From Gammaproteobacteria bacterium (lineage in GTDB: Bacteria; Pseudomonadota; Gammaproteobacteria; Ga0077536), in NCBI GenBank assembly GCA_963662545.2, contig CAXXLL010000003.1, positions 896,001 to 960,000 on the forward strand: a DNA stretch of 64,000 bases, given 5' to 3'. This document shows positions 28,619 through 37,809 of the stretch, piece after piece. Position 1 is the stretch's first letter; the number at the start of each line of letters is the position of its first letter. Made by a program: the position numbers and the translations under genes. The notes below the pieces were generated by a model, which was not told where the DNA came from, did not search any database, and saw only the letters and a program-made list of their open reading frames with translations.

Positions 28619-28786
28619 ATTACGCGCTTCTGATCTTGGGTAGCCGCCTGTAGTGCGTTCTAAGCGACGTTCTCTCCTCGTCCCATACCGTGGCATCCCC
28701 TCGTTCTGGCCCTGGGGGACACTGATGCTGATTGCGTTGCTGTGTCCCGGAGCCGGTGACCACAGCGCTGTGAAGCATTAGGCAGT

Positions 28787-28931
28787 ACGTCTCTTCTTTG
28801 CCGAAAGCCGAAGTCCTTCTTCAACACGATGCTGACGGCTACTCGACGATCGCTTACGAGAGCATTGCAAACGTAACGTTTAGCACTGCTGCACCGCGGC
28901 GAGGGGGCCGCTGCCGACCTACAGCGGACGT
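28787..28931 (+). repeat. Array repeat copy 11 (degenerate A-B-C)
   Basis: B 28848, C 28906. Confidence 0.85.
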
Positions 28932-29400
28932 CCCCAAGTTTGAATCGCTATTCCAACTCCTCCAACAACGCCTTCGCGTCTTGTAAATCTTTGGTGTCAA
29001 AACCTTCAGTGAACCAGTTGTAAATCTCGGAGAGTAACTGGTGAGCTTCGACTTGCTTGTCCTGCTGTTGCCACAGCCGGGCGAGGCTGGTGGCGGCGCT
29101 GACGTTGCCGTGGTGGTGGTTGCTCGAGCAGGGGCTCGCGGGCGAGCAGGTCGCCCATTTCCAACTGGCCGGCAGTCTGCTGGTTCCGGACTTCGATCAC
29201 CTGCTGAGCGTTAAGAATTGTAGAGTATCTTTCCGGACGGGTCTGAAGAAAAATTTACAGAAGCGACCCGCCGATTGTACGCAGGGCATGACACCGTGTC
29301 CTGATTTGATCAGCTCGATAGCGCCGGGGAGGCTAATATGAATCGTGGTATTGGGTACGCCTGCAATGAGCAAAGTCGCGACTGTTATGACACCGCTGGA

Positions 29401-30069
29401 ATGAGCAGGATTCGAATCTGGATCCTGTTCCTCGCTGCCAGTTGCTGCGTTTGTGCAGCGCCGGCCAGGGATGCACCCGCGCCGAGTGAACGCGAGCCGC
29501 GCAGTACGATCTATCTGGTGAACCACGGCTGGCACACCGGGATTGTGCTGCGGCGCGCCGACATCCCTGACAGTGTCTGGCCAGCACCTGGGGATTTTCC
29601 CGATGCACAATATCTGGAGGCAGGCTGGGGAGACATGGATTTCTACCAGACACCAGATCACCACATGGGGCTCATCCTCAAGGCGGCTCTGTTGCCTACC
29701 GCCAGCGTCCTGCACATTGTCGGTTTCAGTGGCCCTGTGCCAGCCTATTTTCCCTTTAGCGAGATCATTAGGATCGAGTTGTCCTCTGTCGGTTTTGAAC
29801 ATCTCTTACGGACTATTGCGGCAAGTTTCGCCAGGGACGCAGCCGGTAACGCCACGTCACTGGGTCCCGGCCTCTACGGAAACAGCCACTTCTACCTGTC
29901 CAGGGAGAACTATCATCTGTTCAACACATGCAACGTCTGGACCGCTCGGGCGCTGCGCGCCGCCGGTCTTCCTATCACGCCGGCACGTGCCATTACCGTG
30001 GAAAGTCTCATGTCCCAGGCGCGCAAGTTTGGAATGGTGGTGCAATCGGGGCCGGAACCCTCGGAGTGA
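29401..30069 (+). CDS. DUF2459-type protein
   Basis: NHGWHTGIV, GWGD, YHLFNTCNVWTA. Confidence 0.8.
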   Translation: MSRIRIWILFLAASCCVCAAPARDAPAPSEREPRSTIYLVNHGWHTGIVLRRADIPDSVWPAPGDFPDAQYLEAGWGDMDFYQTPDHHMGLILKAALLPTASVLHIVGFSGPVPAYFPFSEIIRIELSSVGFEHLLRTIAASFARDAAGNATSLGPGLYGNSHFYLSRENYHLFNTCNVWTARALRAAGLPITPARAITVESLMSQARKFGMVVQSGPEPSE

Positions 30070-30138
30070 CGCCTCAGGGGATTCATAACCGGCCGAACAT
30101 CAACATAAGGCCACAGGCCGCGGCCATTGGAGAAAGAT

Positions 30139-30466
30139 ATGAAACAGTTCAGGAAAATCCTGCTGGTACTGGCCCCCGGCAGCCAGGCTGGTACGCCTGC
30201 ACGGGGCCAACTTGCACGTGTTGACGGTACTCGAGGACCTGCTACTGGAGTTGAAAATACTCTTGTCCGCACCGCATCCCGAGGCTGTTGATCGGCAATA
30301 CGGCCGAGAGGATTCTCGATGGCGTCGAGTGCGATGTACTCGCCATAAAGCCCGAGGGATTCGTCACCCCGGTCACACTCACCAATTCGGAGGAGCGTCT
30401 GCGCCATGGGTAACGGCAGATTGGAATCGAGGATGGCCAACGGGTATTCCGTCAACCTTGCTTTGA
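30139..30466 (+). pseudogene. Universal stress protein (UspE-like) remnant with internal deletion
   Basis: MKQFRKILLV start and [31 protein letters not shown]-terminal motif. Confidence 0.7.
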
Positions 30467-30482
30467 CGAAGTACCAGACGGC

Positions 30483-31310
30483 ATGAAAAACCGAATGATC
30501 ATAAACATCCTGCTCCTGCTACTTGGGCTCGCCCTGTTGAATGGTTGTATGTATCTGCAACAACCCTCGATGATCTTTTTCCCTTACGCAACGTTTGGCC
30601 AAACACCGGCGGAGTGGGGATTTGCGTATGAGGATGTCTTGCTGGATACCGAGGATGGCGTGCGCTTGCATGGCTGGTACATCTCACGTCATGGATCGAA
30701 GCAGACCCTGCTCTTTTTTCACGGTAATGCGGGCAATATCTCCCATCGCGGGGCCTCCGTGGAGATCTTTCACCGGCTTGGCCTGAATGTTTTTATCTTC
30801 GACTACCGGGGTTACGGCAAGAGCCAGGGCAAACCTGATGAGAATGGACTTTATAAAGACGCCAGGGCGGCCTGGCGCTATCTGACCAATGAGCGAGGGT
30901 TCGATCAGAAAGATATCATCCTGTTCGGTCGCTCGCTTGGCGGCGCCGTGGCGGCAGAGCTGGCTGCGGAGATTCAGCCGGGAGGGCTAATCCTCGAGTC
31001 CACATTCAGCTCCGCTAGGGATGTGGCCAACGCGGTTTTTCCTGTTCTTTCCCGATTAATTTTTCTGCGTTACGATTTCAATACTGCGGCCCATGTCAGG
31101 CGAGTGGCGTGTCCGGTGCTGGTGCTGCACAGCCCCGACGATGAGATCATTCCGTTCCGTCTTGGAGAGAAGGTATTTCAGGCGGCCGATGAGCCAAAAT
31201 CCTTCGTGAAGATGAGGGGCGATCACAATAGCGGGGTTCTTATGAGCCAGCCGGACTACGAGCGGGCGCTTGGCGCGTTTGTCTCTCCTGCGAATAGAGG
31301 AAAGATCTGA
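30483..31310 (+). CDS. Alpha/beta hydrolase
   Basis: FHGNAGN, DYRGYG, GRSLGG, D and GDHN triad residues. Confidence 0.92.
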   Translation: MKNRMIINILLLLLGLALLNGCMYLQQPSMIFFPYATFGQTPAEWGFAYEDVLLDTEDGVRLHGWYISRHGSKQTLLFFHGNAGNISHRGASVEIFHRLGLNVFIFDYRGYGKSQGKPDENGLYKDARAAWRYLTNERGFDQKDIILFGRSLGGAVAAELAAEIQPGGLILESTFSSARDVANAVFPVLSRLIFLRYDFNTAAHVRRVACPVLVLHSPDDEIIPFRLGEKVFQAADEPKSFVKMRGDHNSGVLMSQPDYERALGAFVSPANRGKI

Positions 31311-31337
31311 CTCAGCAGCCATTCAATAACTTCGCAG

Positions 31338-31738
31338 ACGCCCAAAGACCGATGCCTTGATGCGCTCACCGGTAGAGCTGGCTACGGCCGCGCCGCCGTC
31401 GCCTTGGCGAACAAGAATGCGCGTACCGCTTGGGCGTTGCTCACACAAGGCACCGAGTACGACAAAACACTGAGTCGGAGTCTGCAACCTGCATAGTTGT
31501 TACGGCCCCCGTTCGTTCAAAATAAGGAGTTCAGCAAGCAGACCACCATCAGATTAAGAGATCTGCCCTGATCGAACCTGCTCTCCTTTGAGGCCATCGA
31601 GTCCATCGACCCATAGAGGAATCAGGGTGCGCATACATTGTGGGCTGGGAGATAGCGTCTCCATCAAAAAGCCGTATATACGTACGCGTCTTAAGTCTGA
31701 TATCAGCGCTGCTCGCTTAACGGGAGGAGTCCATATAC
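31338..31738 (+). mobile_element. IS110/IS1111-type remnant: transposase C-terminus plus right non-coding end
   Basis: AAVALANKNARTAWALL; ~240-nt non-coding region ending GGAGGAGTCCATATA. Confidence 0.75.
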
Positions 31739-31941
31739 ATAAGAGATATTCGGAGTAGTCATTCATTAGAGCCGATTATGGTTGCTACATAAGGAGTGAA
31801 TTAATGAACCATTGGCTAATCGCGTGTGTGCTGCTGTGCTCTTGGATCAGCGTCCCGGCTGAGGAAACGAACGAACCTGTGCTCGATGCACCCGAGAATG
31901 CCTACTGGCACGCCGGTTCGCAGTCGTGGTTCGTCTCCAGC

Positions 31942-32985
31942 CTAAATAGGTGATCCAAATCTTGCGACACTCGGGCAGTTTCCCGGGAATGGACTTGCCG
32001 CACGCATGAAGGCACGTACTGCGTCCATCAGACGGTCGATGGTCGAGTAACGATGATTCCGGGTGACATTGTCGTGCAACTGTTTCCAGAGTTTCTCAAT
32101 GTCATTGACCCAGGGCTGATAGGCCGGCTGGAACAGCAATCGGAATTTCGGATTGTGCTTTAGCCAGACGTGTGCCAAGCGACATTTGTGGATGATGTAG
32201 TTATCCACGATCAAGATAATTCGACGCGCGGCGCGGTAAGTTTGCCGCAGGTGGTCGAGCAGGCAAAGGAATAGGTCGCTGTTTTTCCGTGTGCCCTCGA
32301 CATACGCAACGCGACCGGTTCGTGCGTGCAGCGCGCCCGCCAGATAGCGTTTCCGGTTTTGCCCAGGCGTGGGGATGGCACGTTGACAACCTTGAGTAGA
32401 CCAAAGGAAACCGATTTTGGGATTGAGGTCGATATCGACCTCATCGGCGTAAAACACTTCATGCCCCGATGGGGCTCGAGACAACGCACGATGAATGGCT
32501 TTCAGGCGCGTGGCTGCCCGTGGGTCGCGCAGATGTAAGGTCGGACGAGCACGACGCCAGCCGAATCCCAAATTAACTAGCCAGCGACGTACCGTAGAGG
32601 CGTGAATGGGCCGTGACAGCAACGAATTCAGCGTCTCGGCCAGCATCTCGCTCGTCCACGTACTGCGCAGGTAGCCATAATCACTGGGCGGCTGCTCAAC
32701 TAACTCGGCGAGCGTCTCCAACAGGGTGTCATCCACCGTATACGCCCGCCGGCCCGAGCCGCACGCCTCGAGAAAGGCTTCACCCGCGGTCTGGAATTGC
32801 GTGACCCATCGATAAACCGTTGAACGCGCGACCGACAAACTGCGTGACACGGCCGTCGGTGAGACGCCTGAAACTAACTGCAACAGGACTTGAGCGCGGC
32901 GAACCACCCGCCCGTTATCGCTGCGTTGAATCAACCGCTTAAAGCGACGTTTCTGTGAGCGCGTCAATGACACTAAACTATCCAT
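31942..32985 (-). CDS. IS630-family transposase
   Basis: HTH, YADE, VDNY, NDIEKLW; stop codon supplied by the target site. Confidence 0.92.
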   Translation of the reverse strand: MDSLVSLTRSQKRRFKRLIQRSDNGRVVRRAQVLLQLVSGVSPTAVSRSLSVARSTVYRWVTQFQTAGEAFLEACGSGRRAYTVDDTLLETLAELVEQPPSDYGYLRSTWTSEMLAETLNSLLSRPIHASTVRRWLVNLGFGWRRARPTLHLRDPRAATRLKAIHRALSRAPSGHEVFYADEVDIDLNPKIGFLWSTQGCQRAIPTPGQNRKRYLAGALHARTGRVAYVEGTRKNSDLFLCLLDHLRQTYRAARRIILIVDNYIIHKCRLAHVWLKHNPKFRLLFQPAYQPWVNDIEKLWKQLHDNVTRNHRYSTIDRLMDAVRAFMRAASPFPGNCPSVARFGSPI

Positions 32986-33089
32986 ACTCAGGTGACCTCT
33001 TTCGGGAACGTAGATTGCTCGATACAACCTCTGATCTCTGAATGTCACCTGAGTTCTTTTTATTTGATCGAGTTTTTGGAACACCTATT
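31945..33089 (-). mobile_element. IS630-family element
   Basis: TIRs AATAGGTGATCCAAA / TTTGGAACACCTATT; TA duplication within CTAG. Confidence 0.93.
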
Positions 33090-33870
33090 TAGGCGGTGGC
33101 TTGTCGCTTGAGGTGGATGGTTATGGCTGGGTTTCCCGTTTCGATGCCGCAGGCAAAATCGTTGAACCGCGATGGGTTGAAAACCTCGATGCGCCAACTG
33201 GAATGGGGGCAATGGGCGACCGGCTCTACGTTGCCGACCGCGGACGCGTGCACGTCATCGACATCCCGTCGGCGCAAGTTGTCGCGACCATCCCGCTCCC
33301 CGGCGCGGAGTTTGTCAATGATGTCGCCGTGGGTCCTGATGGCGCAGTCTATGTTTCGGATACCGCGACCAACCGGATTTATCGCATCGTCAACGGCGCT
33401 GCGTCGATATGGCTCGAATCGGAAGAACTGCAGAGCCCGAATGGGTTATGGCTGGACGGTGACACCTTGGTGGTCGCCGCGTGGGGACCGATGACTGACA
33501 TCGAGACGTTCGCGACGAAGCATCTGGGCACGCTGTTGCGGGTGGATTTAGACTCGAAGGCCGTGCAGCCGGTCGGAGTGGGAGCGCCTATCGCCAATTT
33601 CGATGGCGTGGTCACGGTAGGCAATTATTACTACGCCACCGATTGGACAGGGGGACGCCTGCTACGAATCGACCGCGAGGGTCGCGTCACCGTCGTTATG
33701 TCAGGCTTCAATCAGCTTGCTGACCTTGGCTATGACCCCGTGCGGGGGATCCTCGGCCTGCCCGTTATGAGTGATAACCGCTTCATCCTGCTGTTCCTTG
33801 ATCGATGAGGGCAACGTCTGAAGAAGAGTCGGGACATTCGGAAACACGCAACGGTATTTTGAGTACTCAA

Positions 33871-34016
33871 ACGTTCGCTTTTTGGCCGACTGCTGTCGTC
33901 ATCAGCTAACACGTCAATGAACGCTACTCGACGACCGCTTACAAGCGCATTGCGGACGTAATCCTCACAAGTGCCGCACTGCCACTAGGGGGTCGCTGAC
34001 GACCCATTGCGGCCGT
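33871..34016 (+). repeat. Array repeat copy 12 (intact)
   Basis: A 33873, B 33933, C 33991. Confidence 0.9.
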
Positions 34017-34172
34017 CGTAACAGATTCGTAATTTTGGGAAGCCTGGCAACAAAACCATTTCAAGATAAGATGCCAAGCCTTGCGAGCGACGGTCGTGAA
34101 CACCTCACCATGACATTGGACTCGTCATCTCTCTTCTGAGAAGCTCCCATTACCGCCTCAGCAGGGAGTACG

Positions 34173-34607
34173 ATGATGACTGAGTTTGAAATGATGTATC
34201 TGCTTAATGACAGCATCAGACTCCTGGAATCCATAATGGAGACCTTTGTTGCATTGTTATTTGCTTTTGTTGTCGTCGCGTATATGGCGAGTGCCAAACT
34301 AACGCGCCTGATGGCCAGCTTCGCCGTTGTCGTGTTTTCTTTGATGGCGTTGCGCTACATTTCTGGATGGTACACCTACAGTGCGGATGTGGCGGCGCTG
34401 GGGGAACAAGTGTTCCAGGCCACATTGCAGCCGGGAACGGCACTCGCTCCTTTCTTTACGAAAATTAACTCGGAAGGACTCTCGTTATCTTTCAACGTGC
34501 AACTCGGCGGAATGATCCTGAGCTATATCGGGTCGCTCGTGTTCTTCTTCTACGCCCGGCATCATCCTCGAGAAATATCGGCACAAAGAGACAGCGTTCG
34601 AGTCTGA
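34173..34607 (+). CDS. Hypothetical membrane protein
   Basis: Three hydrophobic segments, GGAG RBS; single gene between repeats 12 and 13. Confidence 0.75.
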   Translation: MMTEFEMMYLLNDSIRLLESIMETFVALLFAFVVVAYMASAKLTRLMASFAVVVFSLMALRYISGWYTYSADVAALGEQVFQATLQPGTALAPFFTKINSEGLSLSFNVQLGGMILSYIGSLVFFFYARHHPREISAQRDSVRV

Positions 34608-34671
34608 TTAACGGGGAAGAAAGGTGACGCAGGGAATACCTTTTAATCCCTTCGTCACCTTTTACTTCCTG

Positions 34672-34760
34672 AACGACCGCTTTGAAGCGCATTGCAGACG
34701 TAATCTAGAGCAGTGCTGCAGTGCGGCGATTCGGCCGCTGACGACCCACTACGGACCGTC
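34672..34760 (+). repeat. Array repeat copy 13 (B-C only)
   Basis: B 34675, C 34733; A position occupied by hairpin AAAGGTGACG...CGTCACCTTT. Confidence 0.85.
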
Positions 34761-35025
34761 GCAGTGGCTAATATGCGTTCAGCTATGCTCAATTAATGGT
34801 CAATTTCCAGACCGCTATCCTATTTATAGAAATTGGCGGCGACCCATAATTGCTACTCACCGGATGTTTGACGTGAAGTTGGGGGCAAAGGGGCGTTAAT
34901 GCCGCCTATACTTTCCGTATAAATCGTATTTGGCTTTGCATTTATGGAAGGCGGTGGATACCAAACTGATTAAGTAAGCTATTTATATCGACGGTAAAAT
35001 AAGTCTCATCTGAGCCCATGTAAAC

Positions 35026-36468
35026 TTATGTATCGAATACTTCCAGATCAGCAAAAGTAATTTCCTCACCTTCTTCGTACATTAGGCCATCCCCGGCGAT
35101 AATGTGGGCGGCGCCTTTTAAGCATTCTAGTAAAGAGGGGTGTGGAAATATTGATTCCAGCAGGTAAGTATACGGCAACTCTCGCTCAATAATGATCGAG
35201 GCGGCACTGACAATACCGTCAGCTTCAGGGCCCACCACGCGCACACCGAGAATTCGGTCATCACCTTTGGGCCCAACAATCAACTTGACGAAACCGGCCG
35301 CCGGTTGAATGGCGTGGGCGCGATGATTGCGCGCATAGGGGTATTTACCTATCCGCACCTCGCCGTACTTTTCCCGGGCATAGGTCTCATTAACCCCAGC
35401 GCCTGCCAGCATGGGCACGGTAAAAATGATATAGGGGATGTGGTTCATGCTCTGTGGATAATCTTGGTTGAGGATATGTGCAGCTGCGCAACGCCCCTCA
35501 GCTTCGGCAACATGAACCAGTGCCAAGTCGCTAGGTATATTTCGATTGCCGATGTCGCCTACCGCATAGATGTGCGCTACCGAGGAGCGAGTATCCAGGC
35601 CCGTGGGTATATAGCCTCGCTGGTCCAATTCGACACCGCTAGCTTCAATATTCATGGTGCCCGAGCAGGGCATGCGGCCTATGGCTAGTAATACCGTTTC
35701 GGTTTCAATCTCACCGCTGGATAATGTGGTTTTTACGCTGGTGTCCAGCAGTTCCATGCTCTGATAGCGGCTGCAGGCTATCACCTTGATTCCGCGTTTT
35801 TCAAAAGCGTTAGCCACAAAGTGGCTGAGATCTGGGTCTTCATTTGCCATGATGACCTGCTGGGTATCGACCAGGTGAACCTGGGTGCCCACGGCGTTGA
35901 ACATACTGGCGAATTCACAACCGATGATGCCGGCTCCTAGAATCAGCATCGAGCTTGGTGTGGTGCTTAGCTGGTTAACCTCATCAGAGGTAAGTACGCG
36001 CCGGCCATCGATTTCCATGCCAGGCAGCACGCGGGGGCAGGTGCCGGTGGCGATGATAATGTTGTCAGCGCTGTAGCGGGTCCCATTGACTTCGACTGTA
36101 TGGGGGTCAATAAAGCGTCCGCGCCCCTTGATGACTTCAATGCCCAAGCGCTGCAAGCGCTTTTCAAGCATTTTGGTGAGGTTTGCCGCCGATTCGGCAA
36201 CCCCCTGTTGCAGTGTTTCGATTTTCAGTGGCTTGAGTTCGCCGAAGACGTGCTTGCGTAATCGAGTGTGCAAGTACTCACGGCTAATTTCAAAGCCTGC
36301 CTTGGAGCGAAAAGCTCCATCGATGCCGTAGCCCATCAGTGGGCCCTCATTAATGATGATGGCCTTCCTGCCGGCCAGTGCGAGCTTGCTTGCGGCGCTG
36401 ATTCCGCCGGGGCCGCCGCCTATTACTAGTACATCGCAATGAATTGCCGTCATGGTTTTTTGTTCCAT
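35026..36468 (-). CDS. Pyridine nucleotide-disulfide oxidoreductase (dihydrolipoamide DH / soluble transhydrogenase-like)
   Basis: GGGPGG, IATG, GAGIIGCE, AVGD, HPSLLE; no CxxxxC. Confidence 0.85.
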   Translation of the reverse strand: MEQKTMTAIHCDVLVIGGGPGGISAASKLALAGRKAIIINEGPLMGYGIDGAFRSKAGFEISREYLHTRLRKHVFGELKPLKIETLQQGVAESAANLTKMLEKRLQRLGIEVIKGRGRFIDPHTVEVNGTRYSADNIIIATGTCPRVLPGMEIDGRRVLTSDEVNQLSTTPSSMLILGAGIIGCEFASMFNAVGTQVHLVDTQQVIMANEDPDLSHFVANAFEKRGIKVIACSRYQSMELLDTSVKTTLSSGEIETETVLLAIGRMPCSGTMNIEASGVELDQRGYIPTGLDTRSSVAHIYAVGDIGNRNIPSDLALVHVAEAEGRCAAAHILNQDYPQSMNHIPYIIFTVPMLAGAGVNETYAREKYGEVRIGKYPYARNHRAHAIQPAAGFVKLIVGPKGDDRILGVRVVGPEADGIVSAASIIIERELPYTYLLESIFPHPSLLECLKGAAHIIAGDGLMYEEGEEITFADLEVFDT

Positions 36469-36478
36469 CTTGGCGGAA

Positions 36479-37112
36479 GAGAATAAGCCGAATAAACACC
36501 CTTTTCCGCAATTCCACCGAGTATCGTCAGGTCATCAAACCGTCGTCAACCTGCGATTCGACGCGGTGTTGGCCTGAATTGAGCCCCTGAGCCGGCAGTA
36601 ATTCTGTACATCAGGGCGATTTTTCGACGGTTCCGAGCGTCGGCACGACAGCGACTCTGCCGCGTCGCTGAGTGTCGCAGCCGCTGGTCTTACGCGCGTG
36701 GTTGCGCGTGTATCAGGCGAACCAGCGGGCCTGGGGCGGCGCCCGACACGGTGGCAAACGCGAGGCAGCTGTTGAAGTGTTTTTGCGGTCGAGGTGGGTG
36801 AGGATCTTCTCGATCACCACAGGGTCTTCGATGCAGGCGATGATCCTGACGTGGCCGCCGCAGCTCTTGCAGGTCTCGATGTCGATGTTGAAGACCCGCT
36901 TCAGGCGCTGTGCCCAGGTCGCCGCTCTTGCGCATCCCTGCGCCCGCGGCATTAGTGCATCCATGCACGTCATGGCGGCCCGGCGTTCGGCGGGCGTTAG
37001 GTCTTCAGTCGCCGCCGCGTTGGCTTTGTTGCCCTTGCCCCGTTTGGCCGGCGTCACCCGCGCACGATGCGCGCTGTTGGGGGCGAACACGCCGTGGAAG
37101 CGGGTGAGGTTG
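36479..37112 (-). mobile_element. ISCR/IS91-type remnant (transposase C-terminus and ori-like end)
   Basis: NLTRFHGVFAPNS, WAQRLKRVFNIDIETC, IEKILTHL; end GTGTTTATTCGGCTTATTCTC. Confidence 0.8.
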
Positions 37113-37135
37113 GCAGGTTTCTTTTTTGGCTCACC

Positions 37136-37237
37136 ATGTCCGCAGTTGGCCGTTAGCCGCCAGACGCAACCGAGGTAAACGCATCCTCAATCATGTCTGC
37201 TTACGCCCATAGCGGACGTGGGTTATATCGACGCTTC
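37136..37237 (+). repeat. Array repeat copy 14 (two-subsite variant, island right boundary)
   Basis: GTCCGCA-GTTGGCCGTT-AGCCGCC, GTCTGCT-TACGCCCAT-AGCGGAC, tail GTGGGTTATATCGACGCTTC. Confidence 0.8.
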
Positions 37238-37353
37238 GTCAATACGAACTGCGCAAATTGGAGCCCCGGATTGGCTCAAATCGTTTGTTGCGCGTAATAA
37301 CCGTGGTCTCTTTGTAACTATTTCCGCAACAGTACGAAGCGGATTCAACAGTA

Positions 37354-37809
37354 TCAACGGCTTATAGAATACCCACAGGCGTCCGCCTCAACGCCGCCAA
37401 GCACCCGCGCGCGATGATTCAATGCCGGGTTGTCGAGGACATTGAGCACGCTGCCGCCGGCGCCCCACCGCCGGTCGCGCGCGCCGATCACCACGCGCCC
37501 TATGCGCGCCTGTACGATGGCACCAGCACACATCGCACAGGGTTCAAACGTCGTGTATAAGCAGGCGTCGAGCATACGGTAATTTCCGAGCTGCGAGCCC
37601 GCATGGCGGATCGCAACGATCTCGGCATGCGCCGTCGGGTCACTATCGCCGATGCAGGTATTGAACCCCTCGCCGATAACGTCCTCGCCGAGAATGATGA
37701 CCGCCCCCACCGGAACCTCCCCCGCCGCCTGCGCCCGTTCGGCAAGGGTCAGTGCATACCGCATCCATTGCTGATCGGCGTCGTTTTGTGAGTTGCTGGA
37801 GATACTCAT
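37354..37809 (-). CDS. tadA: tRNA adenosine(34) deaminase, C-terminus apparently replaced
   Basis: GEVPVGA, HAE, EPCAMC motifs. Confidence 0.88.
   Translation of the reverse strand: MSISSNSQNDADQQWMRYALTLAERAQAAGEVPVGAVIILGEDVIGEGFNTCIGDSDPTAHAEIVAIRHAGSQLGNYRMLDACLYTTFEPCAMCAGAIVQARIGRVVIGARDRRWGAGGSVLNVLDNPALNHRARVLGGVEADACGYSISR

Larger units (their letters stand above)
31804..33808 (+). pseudogene. Secreted SMP-30/gluconolactonase-like beta-propeller protein interrupted by IS630
   Basis: Signal peptide, DAPEN...FVSSL | GGG..., NDVAV, PNGL, DG motifs; frame rejoins across the IS. Confidence 0.85.

Noticed and set aside
29006-29340. Minus-strand ORF fragments next to repeat copy 11
   Set aside because: Could not be assigned to any family from sequence alone.
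1921-34760. Array repeats as attC sites of a superintegron
   Set aside because: No RYYYAAC/GTTRRRY boxes, three short palindromes rather than one long one, and cargo in both orientations.
1011-37237. Array repeats as a CRISPR array
   Set aside because: Units are up to ~145 bp, degenerate and separated by kilobase gene modules; no cas genes are present.
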